From assembly GCA_964016885.1 (NCBI GenBank), contig OZ024746.1:83762001-83826000 (forward strand): 64,000 nt of DNA, read 5' to 3'. Of this stretch, positions 38,978-52,330 are shown one piece after another (the first letter of the stretch is position 1; the number at the start of each line of letters is the position of its first letter). Position numbers and translations under genes: made by a program. This DNA comes from Eledone cirrhosa (taxonomy: Eukaryota). The notes beneath the pieces are model-generated. The model saw only the letters and a program-made list of their open reading frames with translations. It did no database searches and had not been told where the DNA came from.

Positions 38978-39173
38978 TAATAATTGTTTCTACTTTTGGC
39001 ACATGGCCAGCAATTACCCCAGTACATTACTGGTGCTTTATTTTATCGACTCTGGAAGGATGATAGGCAAAGTTAAACTCGGCAGGATTTGAACTCAGAA
39101 CCTAAAGGGCCATAATTCTATGCTGCAAAAGCATGGTGTCTGATGCTCTACCGATACTGCCAATCCACCACCC
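38978..39173 (-). mobile_element. SINE family A, full length
   Basis: Same head, B-box and core as the 1-165 copy. Confidence 0.88.
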
Positions 39174-39216
39174 TTATATATAAATATATATATATATAAA
39201 TATATATATATATAAA

Positions 39217-39970
39217 TCATCATCATCGTTTAACGTCTATCTTCCACGCTAGCATGGGTTTAGACAGGAATTGTTCCACTTGAGGCAAGATTGGTTGTCT
39301 GGCAGGTTTTCTACGGCCTGATGCCCTTCCTAACACCAACCACGTTTACAGTGTGGGACTGGGAGGTTTTTACCGTGTTACCTACACGGCCACATTACAG
39401 TGTGGACTGTGTGTTTTTTTGTCGTGACACCTACACAACCTCATTTGTTTAGGACTGGATGTTGTGGCACCAACATAACTTTACAGAGAAAAGGGTGGTG
39501 TTGATGGCGTGGGGGGTAGTAGGATGGGGTGTATTTTTGGTTAAGAGGTGCCTACTGACTGTAGGTTTCGCTTTGTACTTAGGCAAGGCGGGTCTTTTGT
39601 ATTACTGCGTAGCGCCAAAGATCTCGGTCCAGTGACATTGTCTTGGAGAGGTGTAAGTGTGTGTGGTCGGAATTTATCAAATCGTCCCAGGTTTTTCTAG
39701 GTCTGCCTACTCCGTAGCTTCCATCAATTTTGATCGCCCTGCACTTTCTTATACAGCTGTCATCTTTCATGTGCATCACGTGACCATACCAACGTAGTCT
39801 TCTCTCGAGTAAACAGTATCTGATCCCTCTTATTCCTAATTTCTCACTTAGTTCATTTATGCTTTGCCATTCACGTATATTACTATTACACATCCAACGG
39901 AGCATGCATGCTTCGTTCCTCTCCAGTCTGCGCAGATCCTCTGCACACAATGCCCATGTCTCACTGCCAT
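39217..39970 (-). mobile_element. RTE LINE 3' ORF fragment followed by a family-B-like 3' region
   Basis: LERNEACMLRWMC...RRLRWYGHVMHM...GRPRKTW (39579-39950), continuing into gcccttcctaacaccaacc subrepeats and a catcatcgtttaacgtc tail. Confidence 0.88.
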
Positions 39971-40721
39971 AAATATATATATATATATATATATATATTA
40001 AGGATTTCTAGTATAGGCACAAGGCCAGTAATTTGGGGGGAAGGGAAAATCGATTAAATCGACCCCAGTACGTTACTGGTGCTTTATTTTATCGACTCCA
40101 TAAGGATGAAAGGCTAAGTAATAAGAAGTAATCAGAATACAAAATAGTAAAAATGATAATGAATGAATCATATTACTATTTAAATATATATATACTTACT
40201 TTTTGTTTTTTCTGGTTCATTTATTGGACTGTGATCATGCTGGGGCACTACTTTCAAGGGTTTTTAGTTGTTTAGTGCTTTGTTTGGTAGTTATTTCATT
40301 TAACCAGTCATTGGACTGCAACCATGCTGCCATACTGGAGCAGTGCTCTCAAAGATTTTTTTTCTCATTGATTATATCGACCCTTATGCAAGCTTGGTTT
40401 TATTCCGCAAACTTGATATGTGTATATTTATTTTCTCCTCAAGAATAGATTTATATATTTACTCCTTTTCTGTGTTTATTATTGATGTGTCCCAAAATAA
40501 CATCGCAAAAGTACAACACCATAAATTAATATTTATTACTTATTTATGCACAAAGCTACATGAACTGGGTACAGAGATTATGTGACTCTCATTGCTTCCT
40601 GAAGAGTTTTAGAGGATGGAAGGCAAAGTAAACATTGGTATAAAGGGAAATAAATGAGTCAGTGTCAATACCAGAGGGCATTTTTGTTTAAACACTACAC
40701 TGAAATAAATATTACACATAT

Positions 40722-40880
40722 ATGGAAGGCTCTGTGGTTAAGAACTTCATTTTTTAATCACATAGCCTTGCATTCAATCCCACTATGTTGCACTTTGGGC
40801 AAGTGACTTTTACTATAACATTGGGCTGACCAATGCATTGTGAGGGAATTTAAGAAATGGAAACTGTGCAGAAGCCAGTT
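40722..40880 (+). mobile_element. CORE-like tRNA SINE family C
   Basis: ggctctgtggttaagaac...ttcaatcccac...cactttgggcaagtgact (CORE-like) ...ggaaactgtgcagaagcc; fragments also at about 40990-41060, 41235-41375 (-), 49765-49860 (-). Confidence 0.7.
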
Positions 40881-42721
40881 GTTGTTGTTGTGTGTGTGTG
40901 CACATGTCTCAACATTTGGCACAGTTTAAGCAGGCATTGGTTATTAAAGGTTTTTGGTCATATATCTGATCAGTTAACATAGCCACATTAACTTGATCCT
41001 CGGTTTGACCAATGCTTTGTGAAAGCAATTTGGTAGATGGAAACTGTAGAAACCCATTGTGTTTGTATTACAGAGTTATTCAACAAAAAGTGATGGATAA
41101 AATAAGTACCAGACATGAAAACATAAGTACTGGAGTTGGTGTGATTGGTTTTAAAACTGCTCCAGCATGGCTGCTGCCCAATGACTGAAATCTGTGTACA
41201 CATACACATACATACACATTTACAAAATAAACCTTTGCACAGTTTCTATCTACCAACTTTCACTCACACGGTTTTGGTTAACTTGAGGCTTTGGTAGACA
41301 CACTTTCCTTTCGTGTTGAACATTTGGTTTGAGTAGTTGCAAATTGAACTTCTTAACATCAGAGTTATGCCTGCACTCTGAGGATTCTTTTTTTTTTCTC
41401 CATATATTATTTATTTAAAGAGGGAAGAACAATACCCATGACCCCTTTTTAAGGGCATCTGATACTGTTAAGAATGTGGAAATTATATTTAAAGCACATA
41501 GCAGGCCTGAATGCTTGCAACAGAGTTAACTCCACTAAAGGCACTCAAAGGTTATGTCATGGTGTTAAACGGAGCATTGGATTAAGTCTACCAGCCAAGT
41601 AGGCCACAGTGGGATTTGAACTCAGAATGCAAAGAGCCAGCCCAAATGCTACATTGCATCTTGTCTGATGCTTTCGCAATTCCACCAACCCATTACCCTG
41701 GCTGGTATTTTATTTATTCTGTACATATGTGTGCATATTCATGGGTGAAAATCTGTAACAGAATACAACCTTTGTATAACTAACAATGTGAAACTTTAAT
41801 CTACTTCTCTCAAAAGACTTTGCCAGATAAGCTGTGCTGGATTGTCTGTCAATAGTCAAGGAATTATTTGCTTTACTATACTCAGATTTGCCTTTGTTGA
41901 AAACTATGGAGTATCTCGTAATATCATAGAAATATCCAACACTCAGCATTCAGATAGTAGTGGAGAGAAACTTGCATTGGTGTTTGATTAAACAAATGTA
42001 ATCTATGATAATAAAAGAAGCCAATTCATATAACAACATAGGTTTAATTTCAAAACCATGGCATATTATATTTACAGCATTTTACACAAATGAAAGCACA
42101 CAGGTTTTATAGCTAATCTAATTTTATCAATAGTGACTATATAAAGGATATGTCTTTACAGTACTAGCTGTTGCTCGTTTCATGCCTTAATTTATTTTGT
42201 TTTTATTACTTTGGTGACAACACTAAATAATGCATAATCCATAATGTTTTCTAGTTGTATTTTTTTTATATTCTTCCATTTTTTTCTCTCACCTCAACAT
42301 CAATAGAAATTTAACTAATTCTAATTGTTGATTTCCCCATAAACTTCATATGCAAATATTTATTTTACCCTCAAGGACATATTTTTGTATTGATTCTATC
42401 TTCTTTTTTTCTGGTTTTTACTGATGCCTCCAAAAATAACAGACCATCTCAAAAATACATCATCATGAATTAATATTGATTTCTTATTTATGCTCATGGT
42501 TACATGAACTGAGTATGGAGCAGATGTGGCATTCATTATTTTCTGAAGAGGATTAGTGACATAACTAAAGTGAATTAGATTCAACTGTTCAATGTGAACT
42601 GGAACTTGCCTTTTGTACTATAGTTCTCACCTCAATATTGATTTGTCACTTGATTGAACAAAACATCAGTAGTAATGGGAGAGTAGAGTAGTGAAGTGGC
42701 ATGTATATATATATATATATA

Positions 42722-43495
42722 TTATCATCATCATCATCATCTTCATTGTTCTTTTTATGTCTACTTTTCCATGTTTGCATGGTTTGGATGGGTCTTTTTC
42801 AGCACAATTTCTCTTCACTTGAAACTTCTGGCATTTCACCCAATGATCATCATCCATATGCATCACATGTTAATACCAGCACAGTCTTCTCTCTTGTACA
42901 CTACAGTTGATTCCTCTCATACATAGTTTGGCTCTAAGCTATCAACTACTTCTTTGGAACCTTCCTGGGATTGGAATAAAGTTGTATTTTAATGGGGCTC
43001 TTACTAATGACTACTCCTGTGCATCTTCCACATATAAATCTATCTTTTCTGTTAGTCTGTCTACAATCCCATTACACTTCTTTGTTGTTAGAGCATTGGG
43101 CTTATAATTGTGAGGTTGTGAGTTTAATTTCCAGGCCAGGCAGTGTGTTGTGTCCCTGAACAAGACATTTTATTTCACGTTGTTCCAGTCCACTCAGCTG
43201 TAGAAATGAGCTGCAACGTCATTGGTGTCAAGCTGTATAGGCCCTTGCCTTTCCCTTGGACAACATTGGTAGCATGGAGAAGGGAGGACAGTATGCGTGG
43301 GCAACTGCTGGTCTTCCACAAACAACCTTGCCTGGACTAGTGTCTCAGAGGGGAACTTTCTAGATTCAAATCCCATGGTCAATCATGACCGAAGGGGGCC
43401 TTTAACCATATTTTTACTTCCAAATTGTGTACATCGTATAGAGTTCCTACCTACACCTTTTCTACATATTAAGCAAGGCCACTTCCCTGATTGAT
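42722..43495 (-). mobile_element. RTE LINE fragment interrupted by a SINE
   Basis: Homologous to 34925-35730 on both sides of the 43088-43408 insertion. Confidence 0.78.
43088..43408 (+). mobile_element. CORE-like tRNA SINE family E
   Basis: ggttgtgagtttaatttcc...gtgtccctgaacaagacatt...gcctttcccttggacaacatt; second copy at 46335-46642. Confidence 0.8.
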
Positions 43496-44055
43496 TGTCT
43501 GAAGTATATTCTGTAGTTTGTAGGTTTTTAGTTTTGTATTGATGAGGTTATTAATTCTGGTGTTTTTGTTATAGATTATTTTTATTTGTGATTAGGCGTA
43601 ATACATGGTTTTATTTTTCACGTGTTTTATTAATGGTACACTCATCCACTGCATAATAATGAGGATATATTTACTTCTTAAAGTACATACTATATGTTTG
43701 GTTTCTGTGTTTTTATTGGGTGTTGCAGATTATAGGCTGGGTGTATCAGATTTAGAATAGGTTGGGTGTATCAGGTTTAGAATAGGTTCACTGTATCCTT
43801 GCATGTTGTTAAAAGGGACTAATAGGTTTGGTGTAAAGAAAGGCAACCAGCTATAAAACATTGCCTCAAAAAGTCCCATCCAACCCATGCCAGCATGGAA
43901 TGGAAATATCAACATAAAAATAATAAGGATGACAAGAGTGGATTTATTGATGTTCAATGGCTTCTCTACTAGCATATTCAAGTATCCATTATTGATTAGC
44001 TTTATATTTTTTTAATTTAGAAATTTTGTATATTTTCATTTTTAAAACGACTTTT

Positions 44056-44362
44056 CATCATCATCATTGTTTTAAGGTCTGCTTTCTCTACTAGCAAGGG
44101 CTGTACACATCAAGTCAGTACTGAAGCGAAGCCACTGATCTCCCAGGCAGGCCAGAGATCTGTGTCTAGCTTATGTATGGTCTCACATTCCACCAAGTGC
44201 ACAGAAGAGGTTGTCATGTCTTTGACATAACTGAGAGTCCTCCCACTCCTTTGTTTGGCAAGATTTCTACAACTAGATGCCCTTCCTATCACCAACCCTT
44301 GTACAGTGTGTACTGAGTTCTTTTATCGTGTGGATCACCAACACTAGGGAGGTTGTCATGGG
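44056..44362 (-). mobile_element. SINE-like family B variant
   Basis: tcatcatcatcattgtttt...gatttctacaactagatgcccttcctatcaccaacc; related copies at 50565-50750 (-), 52400-52600 (+), 53300-53640 (+). Confidence 0.7.
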
Positions 44363-44914
44363 GATGAAATTTTAAAATTTCTTTTCAGAAATGATTTTAC
44401 TACTGACATTTTATGATTATGAGGTCACTAGTTATCCTTGTGAACTTTTAGCCATTTGTACATACTTTTCATGTATACAGATGTGCTATATTTCAAAACA
44501 AAACACATGCACACACTCACACCTTTATTCCTTTCTGTCATTGGACTATACTCATTCTGTATTTTATTGATCGACCCCATTACTTTTCCATTCTGTTAAT
44601 TACTTAATTACTTTACCAATCTCTATTTGTTGAACCATTAAGTTACATGATCTAAAGAGGCACTACATAAACATCAATTTTTAGACCAGTGTAAATATAC
44701 ACAGACATGTACACAGATATACACACACACATGCATATACATATATTCATATGGTAGGCTTCCACACTGTTTCTTTCTACCAAATACTTCTCACAAGGTA
44801 ATAGTGATATCACACTCACTGTTATCTTAATATTGGTATCCAGTCTTAATATATGGAAAGCAATTGCTAGTTAACTGTTGCATCAGTAGTAGTGTATGTA
44901 TGTATGTATTGATC

Positions 44915-45240
44915 TTTACGACCTGATGGAGTCATAGTGTTGCCATTGTGATATATAGTGCATCCTGGGCATTTTAACCCTGGCTAATCCCATCCATTTC
45001 TAAGTCTGAACACAGCTGATTTCTTCCAGAGAAAGCTAGAAAGGAATAGAGTAGAAACGAAAAAGATATATAGAGGAAAAATCAACCCTACTACCTGACT
45101 GATACTCTTTTTATTGACCTCAAAAGGATGAAAGGCAAAGTTGATCTTGGACAGGATTTGAACTCAGAGATCAGAAAGAGCCGGAATGAATCCCACAAAG
45201 CATTTTATCCGACACTCTAATGACTCTGCCAATTTGCCAG
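44915..45240 (-). mobile_element. SINE family A, alternative tail
   Basis: ctgaacacagctgatttcttccagag...ggatgaaaggcaaagttgatc..ggatttgaactcag. Confidence 0.8.
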
Positions 45241-45379
45241 ACTTATCAGTAGTAGTGGAAGTAATAGCGATAGTTGTACATAAAAGTGAATATATATATA
45301 TATATATAGTGTGTGTGCACGTCTCTATTTATATTTACCATTTTCATCTTTAAATGTAATTTATTTTTGTTTCTTCCAG

Positions 45380-45434
45380 AATATTTTCCTTTCTCGATGT
45401 GGTTACGTTGTGTAGATGTGCTCAAATTTCCAAG
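45380..45434 (+). CDS. FBXL20: FBXL2/FBXL20-family exon (F-box)
   Basis: ttcttccag|A ATA...AAG|gtaagc; (R)IFSFLDVVTLCRCAQISK; 55 nt, completes the codon split from the previous exon. Confidence 0.96.
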
Positions 45435-46334
45435 GTAAGCTATCTGATGTTTCAAAAAAAAAAAAAAAAAAAAAAGAGATGCTTTGGTGTTTTTTACATT
45501 TAAAGTTTTTGTGCTATCAGCAGCATCTGATACATAAACAGTTGTAACACCTGGCTTTTGGTGGGAAGGACATTAAAAACTAAATAGATAAATAAATAAA
45601 TAACAGCCAAACTTAAGCTTTCTGATGTGTACTAATGGAATAGTAATAATTGATTAAATTCTCAACTCCATCCTTGACATTAGCTTCATCATCATCACCA
45701 CCACCACCACCACCATCATCATCATTACCATCACCATCACCATCAACATCACCATCACCACTGCCATCATCATCACCACCATCATAACACAAGTTATGTA
45801 GAAATGTAACAGCCATGGATAGCTGACCTATCTTATTTGGTACTATAGATAATAGGAAGATTACCAAATACTCCTATGCAGACTATTTTCATTGAAGTGT
45901 TGTAAAATGGCTAGGAATAGTGATGGGGATTATGTATTTATATATAATACTCGATCAAAAACAATTTTTAGATAAGAGAGAATTTCGAAAGTATTGATTT
46001 ATAAAGATCTTAATAAATGGTATTATCAAATTTGCAAATTGTCTACTAGAATGGAAGATTAAAAAAAGACAAAAAAAAAAAAAAAAATCATAAGAATGAA
46101 AGGTAACAGATGTTTTTGACATCAACTGCAACAACAACAATTGGATAGTGGATTTAGTTACCTGGGGAATATAAGAACTACATGTTGGATAACTGAGATA
46201 AGTTGTTAGGCAATCATTGTAAAGAAGCTTAGATGTGCATAAAGATAGGAGGAACTAAATATCATAATTTCTTGTGGCCTGTAAGATTGTGAGTTCAAAT
46301 CTACTGCAGGCATTTTGTGTTTCTCAGTATAGCA

Positions 46335-46642
46335 TGTAATGTTACAGCTGTAATGTGAGTTTGATTCCTAGACCGGGTGGTGCATCGTGTCCTTGAGCAA
46401 GGTACTTTATTTCACATTGCTCCAGTTCACTCTGCTGGAAAAAATGAGTTGTGATGTCATTGGTGCCAAGCTGTTATTGGCCTTTCCCTTTCCCTTGGAC
46501 AACATCGGTGACATAGAGAAGGGAGACTGGCATGTATGGGCGACTACTGGTCTTCCACAAAAACACTTTGCCCAAGTTTGTACCTCAGAGAGGAACATTC
46601 TAGGTGCAAACCTATTGTCAGCCATGACTGAAGAAGACCATT
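46335..46642 (+). mobile_element. CORE-like tRNA SINE family E
   Basis: gtgagtttgattcc...gtgtccttgagcaaggtacttt...cccttggacaacatcgg; colinear with 43088-43408. Confidence 0.8.
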
Positions 46643-48371
46643 TTCTAATATATCTAGTTGTGAAGAATAAGGTATTGAATTTTCTTGTGGAAGTTACAAT
46701 GATTTCCAATGTCCTGACTCGCATCTACTTTATGCTACAAAGCTGCTTGGGCATAGACTGTATGATGGATTTTTTTGTGATTTAAAAGAAAAAAAAATTC
46801 AACATTTTAACTTGGTTAAATGATAGTTATCTAACCCAAGTCTTAACCATGTTTGTTTGTATACATTATTGAAATTAGCAACTAAGAATCACTTTAAATT
46901 AGATATTATAAACATACATTTTAATATATGTAACAACAAAAACAACACGCCTACACACTGTGCTGAAACCACAAATCTATTGCTTCCCAGATGACCACAA
47001 TACCAATTACACTAAAGACTGTCTGCTACTCTTTCTCAAATTGGATATAAATGATGTTTTATTCTGCTATTTAACTGTTCTATATAATCTCTATATGTCA
47101 GGTCAGGCTTCTGCCTGCTGCTGGTACCATGTAATCTAGTACAATCTGCTTCCTGGTTGAGTGGTTGTGATTAAACTGGCTCCCCCACCAGACCTTGATC
47201 TGATGAAGAGGGTAAGTGGAACCCCAGCAGCACCAAAAACAAGAGCTGTAATAAGGGTGGATGAACTCTTCAGAGTCAACAGCCATCCATCCCAACTATG
47301 GATTAAATAGCCTCACCAACCTGCAATTGGCCAAGTGTGGTGAGTACGGCTCCACCCCTGACATGACAAAACCCTAACAGAAAGAAGTGGAGGTCACCCA
47401 GAGAGGGGTTCCTCCAGCAGGAGTGAGAAGGCCTTGGATTGAATATAATCTCCACAAGTATCTCACTTGTTTCACAGAAAACTCATCAGTCACTTTGCCC
47501 TTGTAGGATAGGTTAGTTTTCTCATGTTCAACATAGTCATGTTTTATCTCAGTGTGAGGAGGGTGGATGTCATCTGTAATTGTTTTAGGGTGCTCTCTTG
47601 AAACTAGGTATCTAGAAACAATTGAAGAATAGTTTAAAGAATATCATCATCATCATCATCATACGTCTGCGTTTCCCTGGAAGGATGTTAACAACAGCCC
47701 AGAAATCATTTAAAATTGATTTTTCAAGAGCTTTTTGATGATGTTGTTTAACTGTTTTGGTTGAAGAAATAATCAATTACATGGTCCCTACTACTTGACT
47801 GGTGTTTATTTTATTGATCCTAGAAGGATGAAAGAGAAACAATCTTCAGCAGGATTTAAATTTAGAAGTGAGACTTTCCTTCTATTCTCACTTTTGGTCA
47901 CATTTGCTATAAAAGAATGGAGACTGATTAGTCTTGCAATGGACAATGCAACTTTGCTTCTGTAACTGCCACCTGTAAAATGATTCCTTATTGAAGAGTA
48001 ACAATGTTAGTTATAAAGGGCTTTTTAGTCACATCAAAGACATTCAAACTTTCTAGTGCTGGTAGCATGATAAAATGCACTCAGTACACTCTGTAAAGTG
48101 ACTGGTGTTAAAAAAGACATCCAACTGTAGAAAGCATGCCTAAAATGGAACATTTACATGAGACATGATTCCCCAACCCATTTAGGTAAACAGCAAATAT
48201 GTATTGACTTGGTCTATAACAACCATATAAGCCATACCAGCATAAAATTATGATGGTCATAAAGTAACAAATGGTTGCAACTAAATACCATAAAGAATTC
48301 TATCCTGTGCTCTACTTAATTCTCTGTGTCTTAATTTCTTCAATATTCTTTCATAACACTTTATTCTTTAA

Positions 48372-48592
48372 TCCTTTAGCATTTACATTATGCTATATAT
48401 ACTATTGTATTTTTGTGGTATAGGCTTTATCTTACATAATTATCTTACATAATATTGAAGCTATGAGATTTTGATGTTATTTATTTTGAGAACGATACCT
48501 TAACATAGATATGAGTGGCCAGATACAGCCGGTTTGAACAGCAAGAAGTGAGAGAATTCTGGCCGGATTCACCCAGTTTAAATGTTAAAGAG
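48372..48592 (-). mobile_element. piggyBac-like MITE P1
   Basis: TTAA-tcctttagcattta...taaatgttaaagag-TTAA; TTAA on both sides. Confidence 0.8.
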
Positions 48593-50191
48593 TTAAACAT
48601 TAGTAAGTTTTGTAGTGTAGCGTTGTAGTTCTGTATTCTGTTACATCTGGGGGATAATAAGACTGAAATAACACTGAACATTAATAGAATGCTAAAGTTT
48701 CAGAGTACTTAGCAGTATGTGTGGGGATATCGACTAACCACAACCATAAATTAACTTTTTTTAGGCTATATTTCTAGCAAGTAGCTTACCAATATAATCA
48801 AAACTTTGAGAAGAGCTTAGTAAAATATATATAATTTTACACTTTGGTATATCATTTCAGTTGACTGAAAGTAATCTCATGCTATATTGAAAATTTCAGT
48901 ATGGCCAGTCTGGCTGGTGATAGTCGGGTCAGTTCAGTAATGTGTTCTTTGTTATAAAAAGCAGGCTTTGCTGGAGCACAATAAGTTAGATTATTAAACC
49001 TGTTGCTGTTTTCCTTTATATAATTTCCATTTTTTTTTTTTACCTGAATATATATATATATTTTTTTTTTCAAGAGTACTCTCCTTTTACTTTTCTCTCT
49101 CCTTCTCTCTGTTCTACTAAAATTCTATACTTTCCAAGTTTTGGTCTGTTGGTTGAATGGAATTCTAATCATTCTAGCCTGTTGCCAATTATTCTTATAA
49201 TGTGTGCTGTTAAAAATATATGAGGTTTGTCGAACATTCACCTTGTAAACAGAATTTCTTGAGACATTTTCTTGTAGCTTTTTTACTAATAGTAGTTCAA
49301 ACATGATAGGAGGGAGGTGGAGTTTTTATTTTATTTTATAAGTAATTAATGTTGCTCTTACTAAAGTCTGGTGGAGATGCTTGAACTGTGTGTTCAGCAA
49401 TATTGAAGATCGATGCTTAATATTTCTTGGTTTAAATTCTGCTGAGGTTGATGTTGAATTTTTTTCCTTCCAGATATTGATAAAATAAGATGCTGATATC
49501 AATAATATATATCATCATTTTGCATCTGATTTTCTATGATGGCATAGGTTGGAAAAGACTTTTTGAGGCAGTATTTCTACAGCTTCATGCCCTTCCTTAT
49601 GCCAGCCTATATTTTATATTTTAAAATATAGTATTAGTATATACTATTGAACTTTGCCAAACCACTAAGCTGTGGGACATTGTTTATGCATGATATAAAC
49701 AAAACCTCTCTACTTACTTTAAATGGTCTTGATATGAAAACACCCACACACACACTCTCTCTCTCTCATCACAATTTCCACCTACTAAATTCACTCACAA
49801 GTTACTTATACGAGGTTCCACACAGTGGGAGCAAACCTGAAATTATGTGGTTGCAACTCCATGGTCTTTGGTGTGATCTTACTGCATGGCACTTTGTATT
49901 TGCCTCTTTATTCAGTAAATGTTCATTCATTTTATGCATATAAAAATATTTAATCTTAGCTCTATGTAATATGTATACATCTCTATTATCTAATGTTTAC
50001 CTATCTTTTTTTATGTAAACATAATGATGAATTTAATAAGAGTCTACACAATATAAGAAAATCAAGTAAATCATTTCCACACACCACTACCATAAATGAA
50101 ACTTATGGATCAGTCTACCTCATGGTTCTGGCTGACAGGATGGAGAAGACATTACCCCGGAACTCACTCTCTCTCTCTTTCTCTTTTACAG

Positions 50192-50266
50192 TACTGGAAT
50201 GTCCTTGCACTTGATGGAAGTAACTGGCAGAGAGTTGACCTTTTTGATTTCCAGTTAGCTATTGAG
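50192..50266 (+). CDS. FBXL20: FBXL2/FBXL20-family exon (end of F-box)
   Basis: ttttacag|TAC...GAG|gtaaat; YWNVLALDGSNWQRVDLFDFQLAIE; 75 nt, phase 0-0. Confidence 0.97.
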
Positions 50267-51929
50267 GTAAATCACTGCATAAGACTATCTCTGATTCTAT
50301 GATTTAAAACCTACCATTATCATTTTCTTTTTCAAATACCTGCTTAATGAAAAGTTTAGTTATTTAAATAAATTCTTTTAAATTCTTGATTATTTCCAAA
50401 ATATTTCAAATACATATACAGATAGTGTTATTTTGTCAGAAATATTTTGTATTAAATTTTGATAAATTAAAGTTTAATTTGAAGAGAAATAATTTGATGT
50501 CAACACATTCAATATGATTCAATAACATTGTAATTTTATTATTTTAAATTTGGTTACACACATTCATCATCATCATCATTTAACATCTATTTTTCCATGT
50601 TTGCATGGGTTAGGCAGGTTGTCACATTATGAGACAAGTCATGTCCAGAGACCACCTCAAGCACATATGGATCAATATTTTGGCTTGGTTTCTACAGCTG
50701 GATGCCCTTTCGAATGTCACCCACGTTACAGTGTGAATTGGATGCTTTTTATTGCGACTTTCCTCTACCTGTCACTCTGACTTGACACTTCTTTCGTTTT
50801 TTCTCTCTCTCACCCATTTTCTTTTTTTCCCTTCTTGCTGCTTCTCTTCTCTTCCCCATCTCCCTATCACTCTTTTTTGTCACTTTCACTGCTTTAGGTA
50901 TTGTTGTCCTTTTTAGCTGCGATTTGATGCAGAATGAACACTTCCTACTTCTCTCCCACCAATCCATCTGTCTATCTAATTTGTTCATTTTATCAAGCAC
51001 GCATCAGTCAAGCCGGTAATTATATGTAGTCCCTTCCATTTAAAATTGTGTGAAACTACATTCCAGTACAAGGGCTGATGAAGTAACATGATATTTGTGT
51101 GATTTTGTCTTGTTCATTTTTATTTTCTCCATTTTCTCCTATTCTGTTCGTTTATCATGATTGAAGCTTGTCAAAATGTTTCAACCATGATAAATGAACA
51201 GATTAAGATAGTTTACCACCAACAATGAATATACATGGCAGGGAAAAAGATAAAAAAATTGTTGATACATTGATTTCCACCACCATTTTTTTTTTATTTA
51301 TGGTGTTAAAATCACAATTCAAAGATTTTTTTGATTTTTTTATTTTTTTTACATTTTACTAACTTGGTGCAAGAGCGTGGGATGTCATGACTTTCTAATT
51401 CTGCACATATTTACATATATTTTCCACACTATCCATACATTAGTACTTGTGGTTAGTGTGTAAACCAGACTTTGTCATTAACTGCTGCCATAAACATTGA
51501 TAACAACCAACAGGAAACTAATATTAATCAGCACTCTACTTTGTAGTTGAAGTTAAAACAAATATAAAATGTTCAACAGATACCAGCATAGAAAAAAACA
51601 GATTTTTTTTTTTTTAAATAGCAACTAGAAATATATAGATTAAGAGTGAATTAATTTGAGTTGTTCTTTTTAATATTATACATTTTTCTTTTTACTTAGC
51701 TTTAAAGTTGAAACATATGATTATATTTAAAGCTACACTACTTTTTGATGGGATTCATCTCTGTGTTTTGATAATAGTGTAATGGTCACTGTCACTGTCT
51801 TACCAAAGTTGAGCTAATGACTACATGATGGTTAGTCATAGCAGTTGGACACATGCTTATACTTTCCTCCTTGCAACATGAATAGAGATTAATGTTTGTA
51901 TGGTACCCAATAAAAAGAACATAGGAAAG

Positions 51930-52225
51930 CCTTTGAGATCAGCTTTCACCACCTCTGCCCAGGTCTTCCTTGGCCATTCACTTCAAGCTGCAGCTTCCTA
52001 CCACTGTGATTTTCAGACTCTTTCATCCAGCAATCATCATCCATGTGCATCACATGTCCTTAACATCACAGTCTCCTCTCTTGCACACTTCTTCTGATTC
52101 CTCTTATACCCAATTTATCTTTCAGTTCATCCAAGCTTTATCATTCTCTTCCATTAACATTACATCCATTGAAGCTTGCTTGCTTCATTTCTCTCCAGCC
52201 TGCTCATATCCTCTACATCCACTCT
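51930..52225 (-). mobile_element. RTE LINE 3' fragment (degenerate)
   Basis: tcaccacctctgcccaggtcttcc...gtgcatcacatgtcc, matching the 35060-35320 copy. Confidence 0.78.
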
Positions 52226-52247
52226 CTCTTATATATATATATATATA

Positions 52248-52330
52248 TAAGGGTCGACTGAAAAGTTCATAAGCTGACCAAGATCCTCTCATGGAATGAC
52301 CAAATGACATTTATTCTTCAACATAGTTCC
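52248..52330 (+). mobile_element. mariner-like terminal fragment
   Basis: TA-taagggtcgactgaaaagttc...ttcaacatagt, resembling mariner termini; sits in (TA)n; partner end not found. Confidence 0.5.
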
